A DNA stretch of 64,000 nucleotides from the NCBI GenBank assembly GCA_963739205.1, contig CAVTZJ010000002.1, forward strand, positions 576,192 to 640,191, read 5' to 3'. The DNA is from an uncultured Pseudomonadota bacterium (GTDB lineage Bacteria; Pseudomonadota; Gammaproteobacteria; Burkholderiales; SG8-39). The translations under genes were made by a program, and so were the position numbers. The notes beneath the pieces are model-generated. The model saw nothing but the letters and a program-made list of their open reading frames with translations, searched no databases and was not told the origin of the DNA. Shown piece after piece: positions 26,583 to 37,065 of the stretch (position 1 is the stretch's first letter; each line of letters opens with the position of its first letter).

Positions 26583-27335
26583 ATGCCCGCGACCCCCGCC
26601 GCGACGCCGCCGCATCCTCCCGCCGGAAATCTTCTGCTCGCGGCGTTGCCCCCTCCGGACTATGAGCGCCTGCTGCCGCACCTGGAGCCCGTCGCGCTGC
26701 CGCTGGGATGGGCCCTCTACGAATCCAGCATCCGCATGGCGCACGTGTATTTCCCGACCGAGGGCATCGTTTCCCTGCTTTACGTGATGGAAAACGGCGC
26801 CTCCGCGGAGATCGCGGTGACCGGCAACGAGGGCGCGGTCGGAATTTCCCTGTTCATGGGAGGGGGAAGCACGCCGAGCCGCGCGGTCGTGCAGAGCGCC
26901 GGTCATGCCTACCGCCTCGGTGCGGAGATCCTGCGTCGGGAATTCGAACGCGGCGGGGATCTGCAGCACCTGCTGCTGCGCTACACCCAGGCGCTGATCA
27001 CGCAGATGGCGCAGACCGCGGTGTGCAATCGCCACCATACGGTGGAGCAGCAGCTGTGCCGCTGGCTCCTGCTGAGCCTTGACCGTCTGCCTGCCAACAA
27101 GATCCGCATGACCCAGGAGCTCATCGCGAACATGCTGGGCGTGCGGCGCGAGGGCGTCACCGAGGCGGCGGGACGCCTGCAGGACGCGGGACTGATTCAC
27201 TACCAGCGCGGCGAGATCACGGTGCTGGACCGGCCGAAACTGGAACGGCGGGTGTGCGAGTGCTACGCCGTCGTCAAACGCGAATCCGACCGTCTGCTCA
27301 CCTACGCGAACGGCCCGGGGAAGACACCGCCCTAA
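26583..27335 (+). CDS. Crp/Fnr family transcriptional regulator
   Basis: SD GAGGAG. VYFPTEGIVSLLY...AVTGNEGAVG. HTH TQELIANMLGVRREGVTEAAGRLQDAGLI. Confidence 0.85.
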   Translation: MPATPAATPPHPPAGNLLLAALPPPDYERLLPHLEPVALPLGWALYESSIRMAHVYFPTEGIVSLLYVMENGASAEIAVTGNEGAVGISLFMGGGSTPSRAVVQSAGHAYRLGAEILRREFERGGDLQHLLLRYTQALITQMAQTAVCNRHHTVEQQLCRWLLLSLDRLPANKIRMTQELIANMLGVRREGVTEAAGRLQDAGLIHYQRGEITVLDRPKLERRVCECYAVVKRESDRLLTYANGPGKTPP

Positions 27336-28786
27336 GGCGCCGACCTCGCGAGCACGCGCCCCGGCCGCGCGCCGGTGGATCTTGCCGTCGCGCCAGACGA
27401 GCTCGCCGTTGACGATCACGGCGTCGATGCCCTTCGCCGGCTGGATCGGACGCGCGAAGCTCGCCGCCTCGTCCACCGCGCCCGCGTCGAACACGGTGAT
27501 GTCGGCGGCGTAGCCTTCCTTCAGCACGCCGCGCCCGGCGAGGCCGAAGGTGCGCGCGGCGAGGCCGGTCATCTTGTGCACCGCCGTCTCGAGCGGAAAG
27601 AGCCCCAGGCCGCGCGCGTAGTGGCCGAGCACGCGCGGGAAAGTGCCCCACAGCCGCGGGTGCGGCGCCGCGTCGTGCGGCAGGCCGTCCGAGCCGATCA
27701 TCGTGCGCTCGAAGGCGAGGATGCGCTGCACGTCGGCCTCGTCCATCGAGAAGTAGATCGCGCCTGCCGGAAGGAGCTTTTCGATCGCCGCATCCACGCC
27801 GAGGCCCATCCTGCGCGCGATCTCGGCGAGCTCCATGCCGGCGAACTCGGGATGCGGCTTCGACCAGGTGACGAGCACCTTCGAGGCGACCCCGACGCGG
27901 CTCGCCGTGAGGATCGTCGAGGACGCGCAGTACGGATAGCAATCGAGGCCGATCTCCTGCTGCCGCGCATGCGCGCCTCGATGAGCGGCAGCGTTTCGGC
28001 GGAGCGGCCGTGATTGGGCAGGCCCATGACCTTGTGGTGCGAGATCACCACCGGCACGCCGAGCTCGCGTCCGATGCGGAAGGTCTCCTCGAGCGAATCG
28101 AGCACCTTGTCCGCTTCGTCGCGCATGTGCGTGCAGTAAAGGCCCTTGCGCGCGGCGAGCGGGCGGCACACCTCGATCACTTCTTCGGTGGGCGCCGCGG
28201 CGGCCGGCTCGTACCACAGCCCGGTCGAGATGCCGATCGCGCCGGCGGCGAGCGCTTCGTCGGCGAGCGCGCGCATGCGCGCGATCTCCGCGTCGCTCGC
28301 CGGCCGCTCGAAGCGGTCCATCGTCTGCGCGCGCAGCGAGGTGTGCCCGACGAGCAGCGCGCAGTTCGTTGCCGCCGGGCGCGCGCGCAGCTCCTCGACG
28401 TACGCGGCGAAGCTCGGGAAGCGGAACCAGCCGCCTTCGGCATCGAGCAGGTCGAGCGGCGGCGGCACGGGCCGCGGCATGCCGTTCGGCGCCGGCGCGA
28501 GCGACACGCCGCAGTTGCCGGCGACCACGGTGGTCACGCCCTGGCTCGCCTTGGGCGCCATGTCCGGCCCGGAAAGGAGCAGCCGGTCGTCGTGCGTGTG
28601 CGCGTCGATGAAGCCCGGCGCGACGATACGGCCCGAGGCGTCGAGCTCCCGCTCGGCGCGCGCCCCATCGAGCCGGCCGATCGCTGCGATGCGGCCATCC
28701 CTGACGGCGAGGTCGGCCGCGTAGCGCGGCGCGCGCGTGCCGTCGATCAGGATGCCGTTGCGGACGAGGAGGTCGTAGGGGGCCAT
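27332..28786 (-). pseudogene. N-acyl-D-amino-acid deacylase (D-aminoacylase), disrupted by two frameshifts
   Basis: N-terminal frame has GFIDAHTHDD and VISHHKV up to about 27975. The middle (GLDCYPY...MIGSDGLPH...) is in a second frame. The conserved tail GARPGRVLARSAP-stop returns to the first frame at about 27380. Confidence 0.8.
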
Positions 28787-28817
28787 GTGCGGCAGCGCAG
28801 GGCGCGGCCCCCGGACC

Positions 28818-29021
28818 TTACAGCGGCTTGATGTTCGTCGCCGACGGACCCTTCTGTCCCTGCGTTATCTCGAAGGACACCTTCTGGCCCTCTTTCAGCG
28901 ACTTGAACCCCGCACCCTGGATGGCGCTGTGATGGGCGAACAGGTCCTTACCGCCGTCGTCCGGCGTAATGAAGCCGTAGCCCTTCGCATCATTGAACCA
29001 CTTAACCGTACCTGTAGGCAT
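28818..29021 (-). CDS. cspA: Cold-shock protein (CspA family)
   Basis: [35 protein letters not shown]..., 67 aa. Confidence 0.95.
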   Translation of the reverse strand: MPTGTVKWFNDAKGYGFITPDDGGKDLFAHHSAIQGAGFKSLKEGQKVSFEITQGQKGPSATNIKPL

Positions 29022-29100
29022 GTCGTTCCTTTTCCTGAAATTGAAGTGTTTACGCGACGCTGTCCGAGCCCGCTGCGGGCACGAAAATGTAGCACGGGTC
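29022..29100 (-). promoter_or_regulatory. csp 5' UTR / promoter region with blocks shared with the second csp gene
   Basis: TCCGAGCCCGCTGCGGGCACGA (29063-29084) and AAATGTAGCACG (29085-29096) recur at 32742-32764 and 32855-32867. Confidence 0.4.
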
Positions 29101-29143
29101 CTTACGTAGCGGCCACTTGGCCCCCCGGGGGTCGCCCGGATCC

Positions 29144-30778
29144 CTAAGCGGCGGCCAGCGCCACCCCTGCGCCAGCGACGTAGTCCTCGTAGCTGCCGCG
29201 GAAGTCGATCACCGTCGCCGGCGCGCCCGCCTCGCCGGGCCTGAGCTCGATGATGCGCGTGGCGAGCGAGGAGACGAACTCGCGGTCGTGCGAGACGAAG
29301 ACGAGCGTCCCCGTGTACTTGTCGAGCGCGCCGTTTAGCGATTCGATCGACTCCATGTCGAGATGGTTGGTCGGCTCGTCGAGCAGCATCACGTTCGGCA
29401 TCTGCAGCACCAGCCGCCCGATCAGCATGCGCTGGGCTTCGCCGCCCGAGATCACCTTGACCGACTTCTTCTGGTCGTCGCCCGAAAAGAGCAGCTGCCC
29501 GAGCGTCGCGCGCACGATCTGCTCGTCCTGGGCGCGGTCCTTCAGGCGCCAGCGGCCCAGCCAGTCGGAGAGCGTCTCGTCCCCTTTGAATTCGTCGGCC
29601 GGGTCCTGCGGCCAGTAGCCGGGACGCGCCCTCTCGGCCCACTTCACGCTGCCGGCGTCGGCTTCCAGGTTCCCCGCGATGCAGCGCAGCAGCGTGGTCT
29701 TGCCCACGCCGTTGGGGCCGATGATCGCCACCTTCTCGCCCGCCTCGATGGACAGATCGAGGTTCCTGAAGAGATTTTTCTCGCCCCAGGATTTGGAAAG
29801 GTGCTTCGCCTCGACCGCCAGACGGTGCAGGTTCTCCTTCGGGTCGACGAGAAAGCGGATGTACGGGTACTGCCGGCTCGAAGGCTTCACGTCCTCGACC
29901 TTGAGCTTCTCGATCTGCTTCATGCGCGAGGTCGCCTGGCGCGCCTTGGCCTTGTGCGCGCGGAAGCGGCGCACGAAGTCCTCGAGATCCGCGATGCGGT
30001 CCCTGGCTTTGGCGTTGTCCTTCTCCAGCTGCTGCTTGGCGAGCGCCGAGGCTTCCATGTAGTCGTCGTAGTTGCCCGGATAGACGCGGATGCCGCCGTA
30101 GTCGACGTCCGCCATGTGCGTGCAAACGCTGGAGAGGAAGTGGCGGTCGTGCGAGATGATGACCATGGTGCTCGTGCGCCGGTTGAGCACGTCCTCGAGC
30201 CAGCGGATGCTGTGGATGTCGAGGTTGTTGGTCGGCTCGTCCAGCAGCAGGATGTCCGGATCGCCGAACAGGGCCTGCGCCAGCAGCACGCGCAGCTTCC
30301 AGCCCGGCGCCACCGCGCTCATCGGTCCCTGGTGCTGCGCGCTCGGCACGCCGAGCCCGAGCAGCAGCTCTCCCGCGCGCGCCTCGGACGTGTAGCCGCC
30401 GTACTCCGCGTACTTCGCCTCGAGGTCCGCCGCGCGCAGGAACTCCGCCTCCCCGGCCTCGGGGCTCGCGTAGATCGCGTCGCGCTCGCGCATCGCCGCC
30501 CACATCTCGGCGTGGCCCATCAGCACCACGTCGAGCACGCGCTCGTTCTCGTAGGCGAACTGGTCCTGGCGCAGCCTCCCCACGCGCTCGTTGGCGTCGA
30601 TCGCCACCGTCCCCGCGCTCGGCTCGAGCTCACCGCCGAGGATCTTCATGAACGTCGACTTGCCGCAGCCGTTGGCCCCGATCAGGCCATAGCGGTTGCC
30701 GCCGCCGAACTTGACGGAAACGTCGGAGAAAAGGGGCTTGGCCCCGAACTGCATGGCAACGCCGGAGGCGACGATCAC
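29144..30778 (-). CDS. ybiT: ABC-F family ATPase (YbiT-like)
   Basis: Colinear with E. coli YbiT as recalled: [40 protein letters not shown]. Two Walker A / LSGG cassettes. GTG start. Confidence 0.9.
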   Translation of the reverse strand: MIVASGVAMQFGAKPLFSDVSVKFGGGNRYGLIGANGCGKSTFMKILGGELEPSAGTVAIDANERVGRLRQDQFAYENERVLDVVLMGHAEMWAAMRERDAIYASPEAGEAEFLRAADLEAKYAEYGGYTSEARAGELLLGLGVPSAQHQGPMSAVAPGWKLRVLLAQALFGDPDILLLDEPTNNLDIHSIRWLEDVLNRRTSTMVIISHDRHFLSSVCTHMADVDYGGIRVYPGNYDDYMEASALAKQQLEKDNAKARDRIADLEDFVRRFRAHKAKARQATSRMKQIEKLKVEDVKPSSRQYPYIRFLVDPKENLHRLAVEAKHLSKSWGEKNLFRNLDLSIEAGEKVAIIGPNGVGKTTLLRCIAGNLEADAGSVKWAERARPGYWPQDPADEFKGDETLSDWLGRWRLKDRAQDEQIVRATLGQLLFSGDDQKKSVKVISGGEAQRMLIGRLVLQMPNVMLLDEPTNHLDMESIESLNGALDKYTGTLVFVSHDREFVSSLATRIIELRPGEAGAPATVIDFRGSYEDYVAGAGVALAAA

Positions 30779-30795
30779 TTGAGGGGTTCCGGAAA

Positions 30796-30823
30796 CAAAA
30801 AAGCTGGCCGCGGCCAGCTTTTA
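30796..30823 (-). terminator. Rho-independent terminator
   Basis: AGCTGGCCGCGGCCAGCT hairpin followed on the minus strand by TTTTTT. Lies between the nitroreductase pair and ybiT. Confidence 0.6.
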
Positions 30824-30830
30824 ATAGGGT

Positions 30831-31568
30831 CTAACTGCGAGGCCGTATTGTACCAGCCCGGGCCCTGCGGCCATAGGGCGGCAGCGTGGTGAGGCGCGGA
30901 TCGTCCACGTAGCCGCCTACGGTGAAGTGATACAGGGACTGGAAAGCGAGGTCCTTGAAGCCGAATGCCTGGTGCACCGGGTCGTCGAAGAAGCAGCCGA
31001 TGCCGGTCGCGCGCACGCCGGCCGCTTCCGCCTCCAGGTACAGCACCTGGCCGATCGCGCCGGCTTCCCAGAACAGCCGCCGGTAGAACGACGGTCCGTG
31101 CGCGAGCAGGCTCGCCTGGTACTCGGCGATCATGCCGAGAGAAAACGCGCCGTCGCCCGCGATGTCCTGGCGGCAGCTCAGTTGCGTCGCGAGCGGCCTC
31201 GCGTCGCCGCGCTCGAGCAGATAAAGCGGGAGCGTCCCGGGACATCCCGGCGGCACTTCCCAGGCGAAGCGTGCGTGCATGCCGTTCTTGAGCTTCTCCA
31301 GCTTGCCGGGATCGCGCGCCATCGCGTACAGGCCGGGCTCGATGCCCTCCACGCGGTGCACGAACAGGCCGAAGTGGATCGCCGGGTCCCAGGGAATCGC
31401 GTCCCAGGGCATGGGCCGGCGTGCGACCTCCAGCTCGACGCGCGGCATGGCGCGCGCGAGCATGCGGAAGAAGCGCTGCGCCGGGATCGAGGTCCTGCCG
31501 TCGCACGCGAGCAGGCTGCGCCGCTGGCGGATGATCTGCGCCGCGGAAGGTCCGCCGGAGGCATTCAT
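30831..31568 (-). CDS. Nitroreductase family protein
   Basis: 245 aa. Its ATG overlaps the upstream stop (ATGA). Nitroreductase-like C-terminus GIGCFFDDPVH. Confidence 0.75.
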   Translation of the reverse strand: MNASGGPSAAQIIRQRRSLLACDGRTSIPAQRFFRMLARAMPRVELEVARRPMPWDAIPWDPAIHFGLFVHRVEGIEPGLYAMARDPGKLEKLKNGMHARFAWEVPPGCPGTLPLYLLERGDARPLATQLSCRQDIAGDGAFSLGMIAEYQASLLAHGPSFYRRLFWEAGAIGQVLYLEAEAAGVRATGIGCFFDDPVHQAFGFKDLAFQSLYHFTVGGYVDDPRLTTLPPYGRRARAGTIRPRS

Positions 31569-32482
31569 CCTTTGCGCGACGCCTCAGCCACGCGGTCGAT
31601 CGCTTCCCAGGGCACCGGATCGCCGACGCTGAGGCGGTTCGCTTTCCCGTACCAGCGCTGACTCTTAAGCTCCCGCACCGCCTCCGCCTCGAGGCGCGCG
31701 GTTCCCGCCGCGACATCTCCCGGCCAGAGCGCGATCACGAGCTCCGCGCTTTCGCGCTCGGCGCCGTCGAAGTCCGCGCTGCGGTCGAGCCCGAGCAGCG
31801 CCTCGATCGTCTCGTCCGCGACCTCGTCGAGCACCAGCGCCGACCAGCCGAGCGTCGCCGCCGCGATGCGCAGCGCGCCGATCGCGTGGCCGATGTCGTG
31901 CTGGCAGTAGCGGAAGGCGCGCTCGCCGTATTTCCAGGCCTCGCGCCAGTGGACCGACGTGAGGCCGACGAGAAACGCCTGCGGCGGGAAGCCGCCCAGC
32001 AGCCGCGCGAAGAGCGCGTCCGGGCAGTCGGCGCGCCGCTCGAGGCCGTGCTCGCGCGGTGCGTAGTGGAACAGTCCCGGCGATGCGCCGGGCTCGGGAA
32101 TCCCGCCGATCAGCACGTAGCCTTCGGTGGGATGGAGATTGCCGCTCGAGGGGTTCGCGCGCAGCGCCCAGCGCGTGCCGCCGGCCTGCTTCCACGCCGA
32201 CAGCGCGAGCGCGTATTCGAGCAGGCGCGAGAGCGTGCGCAGCGTCACCGCGGCGGCCGGCACTGCGCCGCGCGCATACAGGCTCTCGTAGGCGGGCGAG
32301 AGCGGCGGATCAGAGGGCCCGAGGATCGGCAGCCGCGTGAGCGCCGCGCCCGCGTAGCGCCGGAACGGATCGGGCTGGTTCGCCCAGTCGAGCACGCCGG
32401 GCCCGTCGGCGAAGCGGTTGAAGTGGTGCTTGCTGCGCTCGTGATAGCGCAGCACCGCTTCGAGCTTCGAGGCGTCCGGCAC
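31565..32482 (-). CDS. SagB/ThcOx-type nitroreductase-domain protein
   Basis: N-terminal LRYHERSKHHFNRFADGP...DWANQPDPFRRY, typical of SagB-type dehydrogenase domains as recalled. Confidence 0.75.
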   Translation of the reverse strand: MPDASKLEAVLRYHERSKHHFNRFADGPGVLDWANQPDPFRRYAGAALTRLPILGPSDPPLSPAYESLYARGAVPAAAVTLRTLSRLLEYALALSAWKQAGGTRWALRANPSSGNLHPTEGYVLIGGIPEPGASPGLFHYAPREHGLERRADCPDALFARLLGGFPPQAFLVGLTSVHWREAWKYGERAFRYCQHDIGHAIGALRIAAATLGWSALVLDEVADETIEALLGLDRSADFDGAERESAELVIALWPGDVAAGTARLEAEAVRELKSQRWYGKANRLSVGDPVPWEAIDRVAEASRKG

Positions 32483-32511
32483 GGATCGGCGCGGCGCTCG
32501 CCGCCGCGCGG

Positions 32512-32715
32512 TTACAGCGGCTTGATGTTCGCCGCGGCCGGACCCTTCTGTCCCTGCGTCACGTCGAAAGAGACTTTCTGCCCCTCTTTCAGCGATTTGA
32601 AACCCGAGCCCTGGATCGCGCTGTGATGCGCGAACAGATCCTTGCCGCCGTCATCCGGCGTAATGAATCCGAAGCCCTTCGAGTCGTTGAACCACTTCAC
32701 GGTACCGGTAGGCAT
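32512..32715 (-). CDS. Cold-shock protein (CspA family), paralog
   Basis: [35 protein letters not shown]..., 67 aa. Confidence 0.95.
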   Translation of the reverse strand: MPTGTVKWFNDSKGFGFITPDDGGKDLFAHHSAIQGSGFKSLKEGQKVSFDVTQGQKGPAAANIKPL

Positions 32716-32928
32716 ATCAATTCCTGAGTTTGCGCGAGGCTATCCGAGCCTGCTTCGGGCACGATGATCAAGAAGGGAATTGACGGCCACTGTGAAGCCG
32801 CTTTTGGCGGTAGACGGGACGGGCATTCGCGTGTGCTTGAGATCCTGCGGCCCCAAATGTAGCACGATGCCGGTGAAAAGTGGGCCCCGGGCCCCCGGCC
32901 CCGCGTCACAGCACCACGAAGGCAAAAA

Positions 32929-34284
32929 TCACGCGGCCGGCTGCGCGGCGCGGCGCGCAGCGAAGGCCCGTCCCCACGCCAGCCCGCTCGCCATGCCGAA
33001 GGCGATGATGCCGCCGAAGAGAATGAAGCCGGCGACCACGATCCAATACACCGTCTCGAGCGAGCTCGCCCCGTACAGGCTGCCCGCCGCGAGCAGGACG
33101 AGCAGGCGCACGACGCCCCCCGCGAACGGCCAGGCCATCCGGCCCGCGCCCTGGCTGGCGAAGTACAGCGCCATGCTCACGCCGTAGAGCCAGTAGAACG
33201 GCCCGAGGCGCGTCAGGTACGCCGCGCCCGCGGCCGCCACCGCGGCTTCGCGGCTGAACAGGCCGATCCAGGCCTGCGGGAAGAGCGCGGCCACGAGGCC
33301 GATCACGCCCACGGCGAGCGCCGAGATCAGAGCGCCGGTCCAGGCGATGCGCACCGCGCGCGCGTGCTGGCCCGCGCCCACGTTGGTACCGACCATCGTC
33401 ACCGAGGCCGTGCCGAGCGCAAACAGCAGCGGCACCAGCACGTAGTCCAGGCGCGACGCGATGCCGAAGCCGGCGATCGCGTCGGTGCCGTACGCGCCCA
33501 CCAGCGCGGTGGCGACGACGACCGAGGTGTTGGCCACCACGGTGCCGAGGGCCGAGACCAACCCCACCTTGAGGACGTCCGCGAACAGGCGCCGTTCGAG
33601 ACGGACGCGCGCCAGGCGCACCGGGCTCGCCGACGAGCGCATGAACAGCGCGAGCGCGGCGACCGAGCCGAGGCTGAACAGGATCATGGACAGGCCCGCG
33701 CCGGCGACGCCCATGCGCAGGCCGAAGATGAACAGCGGCGACAGCCCGAGCGTGGCGATCGAGCCCGCCGCCGTGACGAGTGCCGGCACGCGCACGTTGC
33801 CCGCGCCGCGCAGCGCCGCGGCCAGCAGGCTCGCGATCCAGTACGGGATCGCGGCGAGGAAGACAAGGTTCGAGTAGAGGAGCGCGTTGCCGAGCGCGCC
33901 GCCCCCGCCGCCCATCAGCCGATAAAGCGCCGGCCCGCCGAGCGAGGCGCCGAGCGTGAACAGCGCGCCGAAGGCCGCGCCGAGCACCACGGCGTGCGTC
34001 ACCAGCGCGTCGGCGTCGGCGCGGCGGCCCGCGCCGATCGCGCGCGCCACGGCCGAGGACACGCCGCCGCCGATGCCGCCGTTGGACATCATCGCCATCA
34101 GCATGAACACGGGGAAGACCAGCGCGACCCCGGCCAGCGCGTCGGTGCCGAGGAAGGAGACGAACCAGGTTTCGGTCACGCCGACGAAGGTCTGCAGCGC
34201 GAGCACCACGAGCACGGGCCACGCCAGGCGCAGCAGCTGGCCGGTGATCGGCCCGTGGAGGAGCGGGGAGCGGACGGGGTTCAT
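32929..34284 (-). CDS. MATE family efflux transporter
   Basis: 451 aa, about 12 TM segments, N-terminal LLRLAWPVLVVLALQTFVGVTETWFV. Confidence 0.9.
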   Translation of the reverse strand: MNPVRSPLLHGPITGQLLRLAWPVLVVLALQTFVGVTETWFVSFLGTDALAGVALVFPVFMLMAMMSNGGIGGGVSSAVARAIGAGRRADADALVTHAVVLGAAFGALFTLGASLGGPALYRLMGGGGGALGNALLYSNLVFLAAIPYWIASLLAAALRGAGNVRVPALVTAAGSIATLGLSPLFIFGLRMGVAGAGLSMILFSLGSVAALALFMRSSASPVRLARVRLERRLFADVLKVGLVSALGTVVANTSVVVATALVGAYGTDAIAGFGIASRLDYVLVPLLFALGTASVTMVGTNVGAGQHARAVRIAWTGALISALAVGVIGLVAALFPQAWIGLFSREAAVAAAGAAYLTRLGPFYWLYGVSMALYFASQGAGRMAWPFAGGVVRLLVLLAAGSLYGASSLETVYWIVVAGFILFGGIIAFGMASGLAWGRAFAARRAAQPAA

Positions 34285-34352
34285 GGCGTTTCCGGGAGCT
34301 TCACTATTTTTACTGTAGTCACTTGCTTTTCTGTTGTCAACCCCCTACAGTC

Positions 34353-34676
34353 ATGGCCGTGACGCGAAGCTATCGCCAGAAGAAGTGCCCGGTCGCGCGC
34401 ACCCTCGACCTGATCGGCGAGCGCTGGTCGCCGCTCATCCTGCGCGACCTCTTCCTGCACGGGCCGCGCCGCTACCAGGACTTCCAGGAGTCGCTCGCCG
34501 GCGTGGCGCCGAACACGCTCTCGGCGCGGCTCAAGGCGCTGGAAGCGGGCGGCCTGATCGAGCGCAAGCTCTACAACGAGCGCCCGCCGCGCCTCGAATA
34601 TCACCTCACCGACAAGGGCCGCTCGCTCGGCCCGGTGATGAAGGCCCTGCGCGAGTGGGGCAAGGAGCACACGTGA
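34353..34676 (+). CDS. HxlR family transcriptional regulator
   Basis: CPVARTLDLIGERWSPLILRDL...ERKLYNERPPRLEYHLTDKG. Divergent from the MATE gene. Confidence 0.85.
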   Translation: MAVTRSYRQKKCPVARTLDLIGERWSPLILRDLFLHGPRRYQDFQESLAGVAPNTLSARLKALEAGGLIERKLYNERPPRLEYHLTDKGRSLGPVMKALREWGKEHT

Positions 34677-34719
34677 GACCACGGCGTCGCGGCCTGCTCG
34701 CGGATGCCGCGGTCTTCGC

Positions 34720-35652
34720 TCAGGACATGGCTCCGGTGGCGCTGAAGATGAGAAGTCCGAGCACGCCGCCGACCAGCGTGCCGTTGACGCGGATGTACTG
34801 CAGGTCCTTGCCGATCGCGAGCTCGATCGCGCGCACCGCGCTGCGCGCGTCCCAGGCCTTGACCTGCGCCGAGACGAACTCGGCGATCTCGTGCTTGTGG
34901 CGCTCGGTGAGCGCGCCGGCGCGCGAGGCGAGCCAGCCGTTCAGCCGGCCGCGGAACTCCTCGTCGCCCTGCAGCCGCCCGGCCGAGGCCTCGAGGAATT
35001 CCTCGAAGCCGCCGAGCACGAAGCCGCGCAGCTCGGCGCGCAGGGGATGCGCCGCGTCCGCGCGCACTTCGGCGACCAGCGACTGCGCCGCGGCGCCGAG
35101 CCGCGCGAGCAGGTAGGCGTCGGCCTGGAAGAAGCGCGCGAGCGAGGGCAGCTCGGCGCGGATGCGCTCGCGGATCGCCTCCTGCGCGGCGGGCTCGGCG
35201 AGCAGCGCCTCGATCCGCTCGAGCAGCCCGACCTCGTCGCGCAGCGCCTCGCGCTCGGCCTGCGCCACCGCGCGCGCGCGGTTCTCCGGCTCGGCCAGCC
35301 AGCGGCCGGCCGCGGCCGCGGGGTCGAGCTGCAGGATCTTCTCGGTCACGCGCTCGCCCGCGAGGAAGTGCTGCGCGATGAACGCGCCCAGCTGGTCGGC
35401 GATGCGCGCCTGGTTGGCGGGAATGATCGCGGTATGCGGCAGCCTGAGGCCGAACGGGTGGCGAAACAGCGCCACCACCGCGTACCAGTCGGCGAGCGCG
35501 CCGATGATGGCGGCCTGGGCAAAGGCCGCCACGTAATCCAGCCGCGCGTATCGGGCGGCGACGAAAACGACCACGCACAGCGCGACCAGCCCGGTCGCCC
35601 AGGCCTTCTGGCGCGCGAGCGCGCGTTCGGCGAACTCCTCTGTCGGCGGCAT
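34720..35652 (-). CDS. DUF445 family membrane protein
   Basis: GALADWYAVVALFRHPFGLRLPHTAIIPANQARIADQLG signature. Confidence 0.8.
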   Translation of the reverse strand: MPPTEEFAERALARQKAWATGLVALCVVVFVAARYARLDYVAAFAQAAIIGALADWYAVVALFRHPFGLRLPHTAIIPANQARIADQLGAFIAQHFLAGERVTEKILQLDPAAAAGRWLAEPENRARAVAQAEREALRDEVGLLERIEALLAEPAAQEAIRERIRAELPSLARFFQADAYLLARLGAAAQSLVAEVRADAAHPLRAELRGFVLGGFEEFLEASAGRLQGDEEFRGRLNGWLASRAGALTERHKHEIAEFVSAQVKAWDARSAVRAIELAIGKDLQYIRVNGTLVGGVLGLLIFSATGAMS

Positions 35653-35727
35653 CGTTCCTCCCGTCTCGAGCGTGCACTGTAGCTTGAGCGGGAGGCGATT
35701 GCAGCTGCGCGGCCCGGCCGGCCGGGT

Positions 35728-36084
35728 TCACCGCATGCACACCGCCTCGACGTTGTTGCCGTCGGCGTCGAGCACGAATGCAGCGTAGTAATTGGGCGCG
35801 TAGTCGGTGCGCAGGCCCGGCGCGCCGTTGTCCTGCGCGCCCGCCTTCAGGCCCGCGGCGTGGAAGCGGTCCACCGCCTCGCGGCTCTCGGCGCGCAGCG
35901 CGACGTGCGCGCCGCCGCCCTTCTTGTCCAGGTGCAGCCAGAGCGCGGGCTTGCCCTTCGGGCCGAAGCCCGCGTATTCCTTGCCGCTCGCGCCCGGCAC
36001 GTGGCCGAGCGGCGCGAGCATCGCCGCGTACAGGCGCGCGGCCGCCTCGAGGTTCTTCACCCGCAATCCGACGTGATCGAACAT
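35728..36084 (-). CDS. VOC (glyoxalase/bleomycin-resistance) family protein
   Basis: MFDHVGLRVKNLEAAARLY...AFVLDADGNNVEAV. Confidence 0.85.
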   Translation of the reverse strand: MFDHVGLRVKNLEAAARLYAAMLAPLGHVPGASGKEYAGFGPKGKPALWLHLDKKGGGAHVALRAESREAVDRFHAAGLKAGAQDNGAPGLRTDYAPNYYAAFVLDADGNNVEAVCMR

Positions 36085-36115
36085 GGAAGCCTCCTTCGTT
36101 GACGGAAGAGGCAGC

Positions 36116-36961
36116 TTAGGCCGCGCGCGCGAGGCGATCTTGGAAAATCTTGCGCTCGCCGCGCGCCGCGCGGCGGAAGCCGCCCGGCGACACCCCCGCG
36201 GCGCGGCGGAAGCTGCGCACGAAGTTGGACAGATCCTCGAAGCCCACGTCGAGCGCCACCTCGGTGACCGCGCGCCCGCCCTCGGCGAGCAGCCGCGCCG
36301 CGCGGCGCAGCCGCGTGCGCACCAGGTACTGGTGCGGCGTCACACCGAGCACCCGCGAGAACACGCGCAGGAAATGAAACGGCGACAGCCCCGCTTCGCG
36401 CGCCGCCGCCTCGAGGCCGATCTGCTCGGCCGAGTGCGCCTCCAGCCACAGCGCCGCCCCGACCGCGCGGCTGCGCTCGCGCGGCGTCACGTTCGTTCGA
36501 CCCGCCTCCTTGCCGCGCACCGTCTCGGCGAACTTCGCCGCGAAGGCGAGCGCCGCCTCGTCCGCGCCGACGTCGCTCTTCCCCTCGGCCGCGGCCTGCG
36601 CGAGCTCGCCCAGCACCATGAGCTGCGGCAGCGGCGGCACGCGCCCGAGCGCCCACGCCGCGCTTCCCGCGCCCAGCGACTCCGCGAGCTCCGGCGCGAG
36701 CTTGAGCGACAGGCACTCGTCGCCGCAGGCGTGGTGCTCGTGCGTCGCCACGTACTCCTGGCCCGGCCGGCCGACCAGCACCGCGCCCGCCACCAGCTCG
36801 TGCGACGCCCCGAGCGTGCGGCAGCCGAAGCTGCCGCGGCGCACGAACGCGAGCGAATGGCTGCGAAACGCCTCGACGAACGGCTTCTCGCCCGGCCGCG
36901 CGTCGCAGCGCGCGTCGTAGATCGACAGCCCCGGCCCTTCGTGGATCGTCGTGACCCGCAT
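36116..36961 (-). CDS. AraC family transcriptional regulator
   Basis: C-terminal double [31 protein letters not shown]...[25 protein letters not shown]. Confidence 0.85.
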   Translation of the reverse strand: MRVTTIHEGPGLSIYDARCDARPGEKPFVEAFRSHSLAFVRRGSFGCRTLGASHELVAGAVLVGRPGQEYVATHEHHACGDECLSLKLAPELAESLGAGSAAWALGRVPPLPQLMVLGELAQAAAEGKSDVGADEAALAFAAKFAETVRGKEAGRTNVTPRERSRAVGAALWLEAHSAEQIGLEAAAREAGLSPFHFLRVFSRVLGVTPHQYLVRTRLRRAARLLAEGGRAVTEVALDVGFEDLSNFVRSFRRAAGVSPGGFRRAARGERKIFQDRLARAA

Positions 36962-37065
36962 GGGCCACGACTGTACTGCGGTTTTTCCTATGCCGGGCGC
37001 GAATGCGACACGAGCGTTTCGCGCATGGCAGACTCCGTCTCGTCTCTCACCACGAGGAGGAAGCG

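Noticed and set aside
34312-34351. A 7-bp inverted repeat ACTGTAG...CTACAGT in the MATE / HxlR divergent region.
   Set aside because: The arms are short and about 26 nt apart. This is plausible as an HxlR operator but too weak to call.
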